Part shown: in pieces, positions 10,070 through 19,041 of the stretch
Position numbering within the stretch: position 1 is the stretch's first letter
How the letters are laid out: each line of letters opens with the position of its first letter
IMG/VR virus record: IMGVR_UViG_3300009155_000035
DNA from: a virus
Lineage: Duplodnaviria > Caudoviricetes
Direction: 5' to 3' (one strand)
Length of the DNA: 64,000 nt
Program-made: the position numbers and the translations under genes
Notes under the pieces: generated by a model
What the model was told of the DNA's origin: nothing
Seen by the model: the letters and a program-made list of their open reading frames with translations, nothing else
Database searches by the model: none

Positions 10070-12268
10070 ATGACATTTTTTTACGACTTAAACAAAAAGC
10101 TTAGTGATTTGGCCGCTAAACAAACACTCACCGAAGCCGCTAGCCATCAAGCTAAAACTACAATGAAGCATGTTAATGCTAGTGATGCTTCTCCTAAAGT
10201 AAAAGCCGCAATTGGCAAGGCAGCCAAAGACATCAAGCCAGGCATCCAAGGTTACAGAGACAGAGCGGCTGCATTGACTGCTGCCGGAGTCAAAGAAGAT
10301 GACATGGGCGAAGGCAATGAATTTTCAGGTCAACTAGCCCGGGCCAAAGCTTCTGGTGCTAAATCATTTAATGTTGATGGCAAAGAGTATCCAGTCAAAG
10401 AAGGCTCCACTGGTGATTACTCGGCCAAAAAAGCCCGGGCTGGTAAAGACATTGGAAAGCCCGGCAAAGCATTTGCTAAGATTGCTAAATCAGCAGGCGA
10501 AAAATATGGTAGCAAAGCACGTGGTGAAAAAGTTGCCGGCGCTGTGTTGGCAAAGTTACGTGCCAAAGAAAGCATTGAAGAAACACAAAACCCCAATGTT
10601 GGTCAGGTGTTAAAAAACTTTTCGCGTGATGTTAAAGACTTTCAATCCAGTGGCGAGTTGAGTGATAACTTGTACAGTGCATTGTTTGACGTGTGGTCAT
10701 CTGAAATGCCATATGGTACTGCAAAAGCACGCACTGGTGATCCATATCAGTGGATCTCTCAGAAACTGAATCAAGAATTAGGCATGAGTGAAGGTGTTGA
10801 CAAACAAGCATTTGCCGCGCTGGCACCTCCGCGAGACAAGATTACATTTGCTGACAAAATTGCTGGGGCCAAAAAAGAAGTTGACGAAATGCTTGGAGAT
10901 GTTGCTGCCGAAGCAATGAAGGCAGCATTAGGCAAAGGTAAAAAGATTGTTGCTGACGAAAGCAGAGATGATGACGATGACGTCTATACCTATCAAGATC
11001 CTGCAAAGAAGAAAACATATAAAACTGCATCCGGTGGTACAGTAACACACCATGGCAATGTTACACGCCATCAAGCGGCGCCCGGGCGTTACGGTGGCTA
11101 TGATCCAGAATCTCATCCAGACAAGGATGACGATAAGCCCGGAACACCTGACGGTGAAAAGCGTGGCAAAGGGCGTCCAAAAGGAACAGGTAAGAGTCTT
11201 GGCGCCAAAGGGCCAAGCGGTAAGTCTAAATTAATGACTCGAGAAGGCGAAGTAAGTACAGGTAATTTGCAAAAAATGCATCAGTTAGTTACTGGCTTAA
11301 AATTGTATATTCAAGACGAAGACGGCAAGGCAGCTCTTAAAGAGCTAACTGCGTTAATCAAGCATTATGTGAACCAAGGTGGCGAACAAGAACTAGACGA
11401 AGAGCAACTTGATGAGCTATCAAAGGATACATTAAAGAGTTATATTGATAAAGCTGCTACTCGTTTAGTTAGCGGCGACAAGTATAAGGGCATGGATAGA
11501 TATAATAGAGTTGATGGTATTAAAAAAGCAACTTCTAAGCTTGTTAAACAAGAAGAAACAGAACAAACTGATGAAGTCATGTCAAGAAAACAAAAAGATG
11601 CCGCAGTTCGTAATTTTATGTCGCATGATCCAGAAGCTGGTGAAAAAATTCTTGCTATGGGCAAGAAAGATGCAGAAGACTTTGCATCAACCAAGCACAA
11701 AGGCCTACCAGAAAAGAAAGCCAAGAAAAAAGAAGATGTAGAAGAAACTACAACTTCGGGCAGTGTAGCTGTTGCACCTGCTGGCGGCAAAACAAAAGCA
11801 AATGGCATTTTTGGTAAGAGTGTTTATGAAAATAAATTAGCCGAAAGCTTCAACAACAAGTTAAACGCTGTGCTGTCTGAAGGCATGAGTATTAACATGA
11901 GCGTTGGTGAAGATGGAACCAAATCCTTGACAGTCAACGCCACAAACGAAGATGCTGAACAACTAGCACAATTGCTTAAAATGGCCGGACTAGGTGGTGA
12001 AGGTGGTGCACAAGCTTGCTCTACATGCGGTGAATCTGCATGTGGTTGCGAACAAATGTCCGAAGGTGAATTAGCCAACAGCCCTGAGCCAGGATACAGT
12101 GATACTGACACCATGGTCAACACATTAAGCGGCGGATTAAATGGTCGTAAAGATACTGGACAAACAGTAGGAGCTCCGTTTAACCGTCAGTCTGCTCGCC
12201 AAGGCCCAGGCATTGCCGAAAACAAAGAAGCAGAACTTTGGAAAATTTACTCACGATATTCAAAATGA
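10070..12268 (+). CDS. Large Lys/Glu-rich putative internal-head polyprotein
   Basis: 732 aa, low complexity, many (hydrophobic)-X-E motifs separating short modules. Confidence 0.5.
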   Translation: MTFFYDLNKKLSDLAAKQTLTEAASHQAKTTMKHVNASDASPKVKAAIGKAAKDIKPGIQGYRDRAAALTAAGVKEDDMGEGNEFSGQLARAKASGAKSFNVDGKEYPVKEGSTGDYSAKKARAGKDIGKPGKAFAKIAKSAGEKYGSKARGEKVAGAVLAKLRAKESIEETQNPNVGQVLKNFSRDVKDFQSSGELSDNLYSALFDVWSSEMPYGTAKARTGDPYQWISQKLNQELGMSEGVDKQAFAALAPPRDKITFADKIAGAKKEVDEMLGDVAAEAMKAALGKGKKIVADESRDDDDDVYTYQDPAKKKTYKTASGGTVTHHGNVTRHQAAPGRYGGYDPESHPDKDDDKPGTPDGEKRGKGRPKGTGKSLGAKGPSGKSKLMTREGEVSTGNLQKMHQLVTGLKLYIQDEDGKAALKELTALIKHYVNQGGEQELDEEQLDELSKDTLKSYIDKAATRLVSGDKYKGMDRYNRVDGIKKATSKLVKQEETEQTDEVMSRKQKDAAVRNFMSHDPEAGEKILAMGKKDAEDFASTKHKGLPEKKAKKKEDVEETTTSGSVAVAPAGGKTKANGIFGKSVYENKLAESFNNKLNAVLSEGMSINMSVGEDGTKSLTVNATNEDAEQLAQLLKMAGLGGEGGAQACSTCGESACGCEQMSEGELANSPEPGYSDTDTMVNTLSGGLNGRKDTGQTVGAPFNRQSARQGPGIAENKEAELWKIYSRYSK

Positions 12269-13083
12269 GAACATTTAAAGACTACTTGACAGACGCTGAA
12301 CAGCAGAATCCCTGTGTAGGTGATTCTGTTGGCATTGAAATAGGGTTTGAGGACATTATCGAAACTTACGTAGTTGATGTGTTTGAAGATGCTGTGGTAA
12401 TTGAAAGCGACAGCACAACTTTACAACTACTTGAGAGTGCAGGATGTAAATTTGAAACAATAAGACGCTACGGTCCTGCAGGCAACAACAATGCCATGGG
12501 CTGGAGTGTAGCCGAAGATCAAGATGCGACTGTGCTAGCCCAAAAAGAAATAGCAACAGACATCACAAATCCTATGCCCGGGGTACATGAATCAGAGCAC
12601 GAATCTGGCGAGTACGACTACGAAGGCGACATGGCCAAGGATGACTTGCATACTATAATCCGTGCCGCACGAAAACTAACTGGCATGTTGGATGACAATG
12701 AAAACATGCCAGAGTGGGTACAGTCAAAAATCAACAAGGCAGCTGACTATGTTGACACTGCGGCTGACTACATAGAGTCAAACAAAGAACAAGACGAAAT
12801 TGACTTAGACGAAGCTGAATATCAAGGTCGTAAAGTTCCTTTAGGCAAGCCAATGCGTGGTGATGTAAAGAAATTCAAAGTTTATGTCAAAGATCCCAGT
12901 ACTGGTAATATTAAAAAAGTAAGCTTTGGTCATGGTGGTTCCAGTGCAAAACGTGCTGGCCAAAAAACTATGAAAATTAAAAAGTCAGATCCGGCACGTC
13001 GACGTAGTTTTAGAGCTCGGCACAATTGCGATAACCCAGGACCAAGAACAAAAGCACGATACTGGTCATGCCGTGCCTGGTAA
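12265..13083 (+). CDS. Putative internal head protein with basic C-terminal module
   Basis: Starts MRTFKDYLTD (ATGA overlap); C-terminal EAEYQGRKV...KFKVYVKDP...RRSFRARHNC...ARYWSCRAW module of a type I recall from T4-like phages. Confidence 0.6.
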   Translation: MRTFKDYLTDAEQQNPCVGDSVGIEIGFEDIIETYVVDVFEDAVVIESDSTTLQLLESAGCKFETIRRYGPAGNNNAMGWSVAEDQDATVLAQKEIATDITNPMPGVHESEHESGEYDYEGDMAKDDLHTIIRAARKLTGMLDDNENMPEWVQSKINKAADYVDTAADYIESNKEQDEIDLDEAEYQGRKVPLGKPMRGDVKKFKVYVKDPSTGNIKKVSFGHGGSSAKRAGQKTMKIKKSDPARRRSFRARHNCDNPGPRTKARYWSCRAW

Positions 13084-13098
13084 AAGGAAAACAACAAC

Positions 13099-13380
13099 AT
13101 GAGTCAAGCAAACGTTTATACATCGGCTAGTAGCCAAGCCTGGTACACTGACAAGGCAAGAATATCCACAGGCACAAACACTGTAACTTACAATGTAAAT
13201 TTGTTGTACGGGCCTGCAACAGGAAATTTGTATTCAAATCCAATACAAATTCCAGCAAACAATCGCGTCACAGTATGGGTAGGAGTTGGCAACCAACTAA
13301 CAGTCACAGGTGGAAATGTTACTATACAAGAAGTAGGAACAGCAAGTTCGGGACAAGTTGGCGTTTGGCAGCCGGAGTAA
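13099..13380 (+). CDS. Small beta-rich hypothetical virion protein
   Basis: 93 aa, T/V/G/N rich, preceded by AAAGGA RBS. Confidence 0.5.
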   Translation: MSQANVYTSASSQAWYTDKARISTGTNTVTYNVNLLYGPATGNLYSNPIQIPANNRVTVWVGVGNQLTVTGGNVTIQEVGTASSGQVGVWQPE

Positions 13381-13383
13381 TTG

Positions 13384-13755
13384 ATGCGAGCTAATGAGTT
13401 TGTAACCGAGGACAAAGTTGGCAAGATTGGCAAGCGTCGACAGGTGGCCACACGTGGATTAAACAAATTCCGTGATAACCAATTTGCTGACAGGGTGTAT
13501 GAACTCAATCGTATCATGATGGCAGTAGCTTCTACTGACGGTACTACTGTGCCTGATATGGACAGTGAGTCATGGAGTGGGCGCAACAACGTGGCTGCTC
13601 CTTATACTGAAGTTGAGCAACGCATGCTTGAAAAAGCTTTCAAGGCCATAGGGTCAAAACATTGGGATCTAAATCACGGTGACATGGACAGTGAAGAAGT
13701 TAATTCAACTAATAAACAAAGTCCCGTGATGAGTTTCAAAGGCTATCCCCGATGA
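13384..13755 (+). CDS. Hypothetical protein, paralog A (MRANEFVTE...FKGYPR)
   Basis: Shares both termini with the next ORF. Confidence 0.55.
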   Translation: MRANEFVTEDKVGKIGKRRQVATRGLNKFRDNQFADRVYELNRIMMAVASTDGTTVPDMDSESWSGRNNVAAPYTEVEQRMLEKAFKAIGSKHWDLNHGDMDSEEVNSTNKQSPVMSFKGYPR

Positions 13756-14141
13756 GAGCACGTGAATTCGTCACAGAACAAGCCGCCCAATTGCCGGCCG
13801 AGCAAGCCGATCCCATGCGTTACACTTACGTAGTTCCTGGTCTCAGTGCCGCTGACCCATACCGCAATTATAGATTTGGTGTTGCTCTAGCTCGAGCAAG
13901 AAGCGAAGCTGTAAAAGATGATGTAAACCCCGACATTCCTGCATGGCATGATGAAACTGCGTTTGGCGAGCATGGCATTGTTGCTGGCATGACGCCAGGT
14001 ATTGATAAACTTATTGATGCCGCATTGACAATGACAAAAACACCAGGTGGTAAAAAAATGGTGTCAAGTGGCCCCAGTGAAGAACCCAAATCAGTAGATA
14101 CAAAAAGTCCTGTAAAGGCATTCAAAGGATACCCAAGGTAA
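13752..14141 (+). CDS. Hypothetical protein, paralog B (MRAREFVTE...FKGYPR)
   Basis: ATGA overlap; shares both termini with the previous ORF. Confidence 0.55.
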   Translation: MRAREFVTEQAAQLPAEQADPMRYTYVVPGLSAADPYRNYRFGVALARARSEAVKDDVNPDIPAWHDETAFGEHGIVAGMTPGIDKLIDAALTMTKTPGGKKMVSSGPSEEPKSVDTKSPVKAFKGYPR

Positions 14142-14147
14142 AATATT

Positions 14148-15146
14148 ATGGCAAACACACCACCACCATATGAAAACATCACCGGCATAAGCCGTACAGT
14201 GATGAAAGACAATGCTCAAGAGACTTTGGCAAATTATGATGGCAATGCTAGACCAGGCGAACTTGTAGTAAATCTTGAAACAGATCCGCCGTTGTTATAT
14301 GTAGGTAACAACGTTGGTCAATTGACCCTGGTGGCATCAGCTGTTGCAACAACCTGGGCTACATTGGGCGATAAAAACAATGCCAGTGGTCCTAGTAAGA
14401 TAGCCCTGGGAACCAATGCTGGCATTGTTCAAGGTAACTTCTCAGTGGCCATTGGCTACGCGGCCGGCAACGCACAAGGCATAGATACAGTGGCCATTGG
14501 TACGCAGGCTGGAGCCGCGTCACAAGGCAATAATGCAGTGGCTGTTGGTGTGCGTTCTGCTGTAACCTCACAAGGTGTTGGCGCGGTAGCAGTTGGAAAT
14601 AATGCCGGATATAGCACCCAAGGTATAAATTCAGTAGCCGTTGGCAGTCGGGCTGGTGAAACCCTTCAGGGTGAAAATGCAGTGGCTATTGGTGCAATTG
14701 CTGGATTAACCAATCAAGGTATCAATGCAGTGGCCGTAGGCTATGGTGCCGGGGGACAAGGAAACAACACAATAGCCATTGGTACGCAGGCCGGATCCTC
14801 GTCACAAGGTACTCAATCAGTGGCTATTGGTCAAAATGCCGGCTTAACTTCACAAGGTACTCAAGCAGTGGCCATTGGAACAGGTGCAGCCGAAACAGGA
14901 CAAGGTAACTATTCAGTAGCTGTTGGCTACCTTGCTGGTCGCACCTCACAAGCCAACAATTCAATCATTATAAACGCTACAAACGCCAACTTGAATCAAA
15001 CCACTGCCAACACATTCACAGTGAAACCTGTGCGAGCAGTGACCAGTGTGACTTTTGCCGCACCCACTGCAGGCTCAATACCTGCAGGTTTTTCACCAGT
15101 ATACTACAATCCCACTACTGGTGAACTCATTGTGATCACACCTTAG
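14148..15146 (+). CDS. Fibre/adhesin-like protein with YadA-head-like 14-aa repeats
   Basis: About 13 repeats of (Q)G.(N/Q)(A/S)VA(I/V)G..AG; N-terminal GELVVN...LYVG motif seen in phage fibre anchors. Confidence 0.7.
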   Translation: MANTPPPYENITGISRTVMKDNAQETLANYDGNARPGELVVNLETDPPLLYVGNNVGQLTLVASAVATTWATLGDKNNASGPSKIALGTNAGIVQGNFSVAIGYAAGNAQGIDTVAIGTQAGAASQGNNAVAVGVRSAVTSQGVGAVAVGNNAGYSTQGINSVAVGSRAGETLQGENAVAIGAIAGLTNQGINAVAVGYGAGGQGNNTIAIGTQAGSSSQGTQSVAIGQNAGLTSQGTQAVAIGTGAAETGQGNYSVAVGYLAGRTSQANNSIIINATNANLNQTTANTFTVKPVRAVTSVTFAAPTAGSIPAGFSPVYYNPTTGELIVITP

Positions 15147-15156
15147 AAATACCCAT

Positions 15157-15594
15157 ATGAAAAAAATACTCTTACTCTTACTCATTGTACCATGCCTAGT
15201 TATGGCACAACCCAAACAAAAACCTGGTGTGACATATGATGCTGTGATTACCCGTGTAATTGACGGAGACACAGTGGGAATTCAAGCAACTTGGTTACCC
15301 GCACCACTCAAACCTGAACTCAGCATTAGAGTTTTTGGTGTCGATACTCCTGAAAAAGGATTCCGCGCTCAGTGCCCCAGTGAAGCTCAACGTGGGGAAG
15401 CAGCCACAGCATTTACCAAACAAGCAATTGCCAATGCACAACAGCGACAAATTGTGCTCATGGACTGGGACAAGTATGGCGGCCGTGTGTTAGGCGATGT
15501 GTTACTGAACGGCCAGAGCCTACGTGGCATGCTGATTGCCAACGGTTTTGCCCGTGAATACTACGGCGAAGCCAAAACTAGTTGGTGTAATTGA
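15157..15594 (+). CDS. Thermonuclease (SNase-like) with N-terminal signal peptide
   Basis: MKKILLLLLIVPCLVMA signal; VIDGDT, RVFGVDTPE, DKYGGR catalytic motifs. Confidence 0.9.
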   Translation: MKKILLLLLIVPCLVMAQPKQKPGVTYDAVITRVIDGDTVGIQATWLPAPLKPELSIRVFGVDTPEKGFRAQCPSEAQRGEAATAFTKQAIANAQQRQIVLMDWDKYGGRVLGDVLLNGQSLRGMLIANGFAREYYGEAKTSWCN

Positions 15595-15627
15595 TAGACC
15601 CTGCCTGCGGGCACGAGTAAATATGGC

Positions 15628-17193
15628 ATGCCCGCAGTTACCGAAACAGCTTTAATTAAAAGTCCATACTCTTCAACAGTTTACACTTATGAACAAATTG
15701 AAGAGTTTGCCAAGTGCGCTGACCCCCTTGCTGGTCCAGAGTACTTCATGGACAACTTCTTCTATATTCAACACCCCACACGTGGTAGAATGTTATACCA
15801 CCCATTTGAATACCAAAAACGGCTGATATATACCTATCACAACTATCGTTTCAGCATCTCAATGATGCCTCGACAAACAGGTAAGTCAACATCGGCAGCC
15901 GGTTACTTACTATGGTACGCAATGTTTGTTCCAGACTCAACAATTTTAGTTGCCGCACACAAGTACACTGGATCCCAGGAAATTATGCAACGTATTCGGT
16001 ATGCCTACGAAAGCGTTCCAGATCACATCAGAGCTGGTGTAACCAGTTACAACAAAGGTAACTTGGACTTTGATAATGGCAGTCGTATTGTATCGGCCAC
16101 AACAACAGAAAATACCGGTCGTGGTATGTCTATCTCACTGTTATACGCTGACGAATTTGCGTTTGTGCGACCTACAATTGCATCCGAATTTTGGACTTCT
16201 ATTAGTCCTACTCTGGCAACTGGTGGTAAAGCTATTATTACATCAACTCCTAACAGTGACGAAGATCAATTTGCGCTGTTATGGAAAGGCGCTAACCGCT
16301 GTGAAGATGAATTTGGTAATCCCACCCAAGTTGGAGTAAACGGATTTAAAGCGTATAGAAGTTACTGGAACGAACATCCTGATCGTGATGACACCTGGGC
16401 CGCACAGCAAAGAGCCGCACTTGGTGTAGATCGATTCCGTCGAGAAATGGACTGTGAGTTCATTATTGCTGACGAAACACTTATTGCTCCAGCCAAGTTA
16501 TTTGACCTGCAAGGACAAGATCCTTTGTACAAAACTGGTGAAGTTCGTTGGTACAAGAAGCCCCAGCGAGATAGAATCTATGTTGTTGCATTGGATCCCA
16601 GTTTAGGTACTGGCGGTGATCCAGCAGCCATACAGGTATTTGAAGCAGATTCAACTGAACAAGTTGCCGAGTGGAGACACAACCGCAGTGACATCCCCAC
16701 ACAAGTTAGAACCCTGGCAGACATTGTTCGACACATCAACGACATAGTAAAAGACCCCAAAAGCATTTATTACAGTGTGGAAAACAACACCATTGGCGAA
16801 GCAGCCTTGATATCCATTGCTGAGTACGGGGAAAAGAACATACAGGGTTACTTTTTAAGCGAGCCAGGCAACAACGGCGGTCGTAGATACCGCAAAGGAT
16901 TTAATACAACAAACAAGCCCAAGCTAGCAGCCTGTGCAAAAATCAAGCATTTGATAGAATCTAACAAGATGAAAATCAACAGTGCTCCGCTGGTTGGTGA
17001 ATTAAAAAATTTTGTGGCAACTGGTGCAGGTTATGCCGCAAAACCAGGGGAAACAGACGACTTGGTGATGTCAACATTACTAATTGTGCGTATGATGCAA
17101 TTATTGCAAAGTTATCACCCAGATCTTGATGAACACATGCGTGATCACCAGGATAGTTTGATTGAACCTTTGCCATTTGTTATGACCATGTAA
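15628..17193 (+). CDS. Terminase large subunit (T4 gp17-like)
   Basis: PRQTGKST Walker A, LYADEFAF Walker B, ITSTP, ALDPS nuclease Asp, ENN, DDLVM; TAAATA at 15618-15623. Confidence 0.95.
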   Translation: MPAVTETALIKSPYSSTVYTYEQIEEFAKCADPLAGPEYFMDNFFYIQHPTRGRMLYHPFEYQKRLIYTYHNYRFSISMMPRQTGKSTSAAGYLLWYAMFVPDSTILVAAHKYTGSQEIMQRIRYAYESVPDHIRAGVTSYNKGNLDFDNGSRIVSATTTENTGRGMSISLLYADEFAFVRPTIASEFWTSISPTLATGGKAIITSTPNSDEDQFALLWKGANRCEDEFGNPTQVGVNGFKAYRSYWNEHPDRDDTWAAQQRAALGVDRFRREMDCEFIIADETLIAPAKLFDLQGQDPLYKTGEVRWYKKPQRDRIYVVALDPSLGTGGDPAAIQVFEADSTEQVAEWRHNRSDIPTQVRTLADIVRHINDIVKDPKSIYYSVENNTIGEAALISIAEYGEKNIQGYFLSEPGNNGGRRYRKGFNTTNKPKLAACAKIKHLIESNKMKINSAPLVGELKNFVATGAGYAAKPGETDDLVMSTLLIVRMMQLLQSYHPDLDEHMRDHQDSLIEPLPFVMTM

Positions 17194-17205
17194 TAAATAA
17201 GATAT

Positions 17206-18891
17206 ATGGAAAATAATCAATCACAAGCATTGTACGAGTTGTTGGTAACAAAGGATCTTGAGCCACAGCTACTTGACAAGTTCGGGAAGTCTGTAACTGA
17301 TCCCACTCAAGCTGAAATGTTTAGCTTTGACTGGAAAACTGAAAATAAAAACTATGGCACTGTCGTAATCCTAATTGGTGTTGACAACGACATACAAGTG
17401 TTCTATGGAGACAATGTGGGTCGAGCCATGGAAGGCGATGACAAACAAGATTGGTACAGTTTTTTACAACAACTAAAAAGCTTTGCAACACGCAACTTGT
17501 TGGGATTTGAACTAAACAACATCAGCAGACTCAAGTACACCATGCAAGGCATGGCAGCAATCAAAGAAGGTTTGTTTGAAGGCTACTATGGTAAAAAACG
17601 TACAAGCTACAGCACTGGCCCAAAAAATGCTAGATTAATGATCAAGCACAATCGTGATCTTGGCGAAGGCGAAGCTCGATTTAGAGCAGTTGAAAGCCTG
17701 TTTGTTGAAACTGAAGACGGCGAAAGATTCAAATTACCTTTTAAAAACTTAGTTGGTGGCCATGCCATGGTACGACATGTTTGCGAAGGTGGAACACCAT
17801 ATGATGCATTTGGACAACACATTTGTGAAATTATCAGTGAGATGAATACCTTGGCACGTTTTATACGTGCATCCAAAGGCAAAGAGTTTGTTGGTGAAAC
17901 ATCAAGTTTAGTTACAAACGCAGTTAGACATTATCACGATCTAAAAGCCAAGGCCAAACGAATGATCAGTCACCGAGGGTACCATGCCGAACTTGAAAGT
18001 TGGGACCCGGCTGCATTCAGCGACAGCGAATTTACCACAGAAGAAGTTCGAGACTTATTCATTGAGCGAAGCATTGATCATAGAATTGAAGAAGCTTTGC
18101 CAATTTTGGCCCGCTTGGCCGCAGACTACAAGGAAGAAAAAATGAAAGAAGCAAATGAATTTGAATCCTGGGCTAATCAGGTCATGGAAGGCACATGGGC
18201 ACTGCCAGACACCCCCGAAGCCGATGCCAAACTCAAAGAATTAATGAGCAAACCACTGATAGTAGGTGCTGATGCAACCAACGCCACAGAACAACTGTAC
18301 GACTTGGTTGGTGATGATGTATTGTTTGATCGACTAAACGATTTGGCAGATCAAGATCCTAATGCCAACTGCTGGGACGACCCAGCAGTTGTTGATCGAC
18401 TAGGCGAGCTTGGTGTTGACATTACCTCCATGACAGGTGCAGAATCAGACGATGAAGAAAATATTGACATTGATATAAACAAACATGGCATTGATCCCGA
18501 AGGCGACTACGGACAAGATGACGAAGAAGTTGATGAAAGCGCATTACAAGCATATTTGGGCAATAAGAAGTACGGTAAAGAAGGTATGGATGCACTACGC
18601 AAAGCAGGTCGTGAACACGTTGGCAAAGAGAAAATGGCACAACTGCGTGACAAATATGACAAGTCAGATGAAGTTGATGAAGGCATTTTGGATACTGCCA
18701 AGAAAGTTGGCAGCCGAGTATTTGACAAGCTAGGTGGCGGCAGTGACCAAAAACTGCTAGACAAACTACGCAAGGATGCAGGTCTACCACCAAGAATGGC
18801 TATACCAAACAAAAAGGACGCCAAAGATGTTGAGGAAGACCTTGATACCGATGGTGTTATGATGACTAAAGCTTCAAATATGAGCAGTTGA
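17206..18891 (+). CDS. Conserved-looking hypothetical protein with acidic, multi-site C-terminal tail
   Basis: 561 aa, TAAATA at 17194-17199; C-terminal modules separated by VDE/VEE motifs. Confidence 0.5.
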   Translation: MENNQSQALYELLVTKDLEPQLLDKFGKSVTDPTQAEMFSFDWKTENKNYGTVVILIGVDNDIQVFYGDNVGRAMEGDDKQDWYSFLQQLKSFATRNLLGFELNNISRLKYTMQGMAAIKEGLFEGYYGKKRTSYSTGPKNARLMIKHNRDLGEGEARFRAVESLFVETEDGERFKLPFKNLVGGHAMVRHVCEGGTPYDAFGQHICEIISEMNTLARFIRASKGKEFVGETSSLVTNAVRHYHDLKAKAKRMISHRGYHAELESWDPAAFSDSEFTTEEVRDLFIERSIDHRIEEALPILARLAADYKEEKMKEANEFESWANQVMEGTWALPDTPEADAKLKELMSKPLIVGADATNATEQLYDLVGDDVLFDRLNDLADQDPNANCWDDPAVVDRLGELGVDITSMTGAESDDEENIDIDINKHGIDPEGDYGQDDEEVDESALQAYLGNKKYGKEGMDALRKAGREHVGKEKMAQLRDKYDKSDEVDEGILDTAKKVGSRVFDKLGGGSDQKLLDKLRKDAGLPPRMAIPNKKDAKDVEEDLDTDGVMMTKASNMSS

Positions 18892-18917
18892 CCATACCAA
18901 CAACTTCTGATAAAACC

Positions 18918-18940
18918 AGGCAGATTTGTTCTGCCTTTTT
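18918..18940 (+). terminator. Rho-independent terminator
   Basis: AGGCAGA-tttgt-TCTGCCT followed by T tract. Confidence 0.65.
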
Positions 18941-18942
18941 CT

Positions 18943-18971
18943 TTGACATACTAAATAAAAGCACGTATACT
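18943..18971 (+). promoter_or_regulatory. Composite promoter for SSB: sigma70 promoter with embedded late TAAATA
   Basis: TTGACA (18943-48), 17 bp, TATACT (18966-71); TAAATA at 18952-57 within the spacer. Confidence 0.75.
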
Positions 18972-19041
18972 CAGTAGTGTGTACGTTAGTAAATTACACA
19001 TAGGCTTACATAGGCATTTAATTCTGAAAGGTAAAAACACT

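Noticed and set aside
14148-15146. Diversity-generating retroelement (adhesin with an Mtd-like N-terminal motif)
   Set aside because: No reverse transcriptase and no TR/VR pair with adenine-specific differences in the window; the repeats are protein-level and degenerate.
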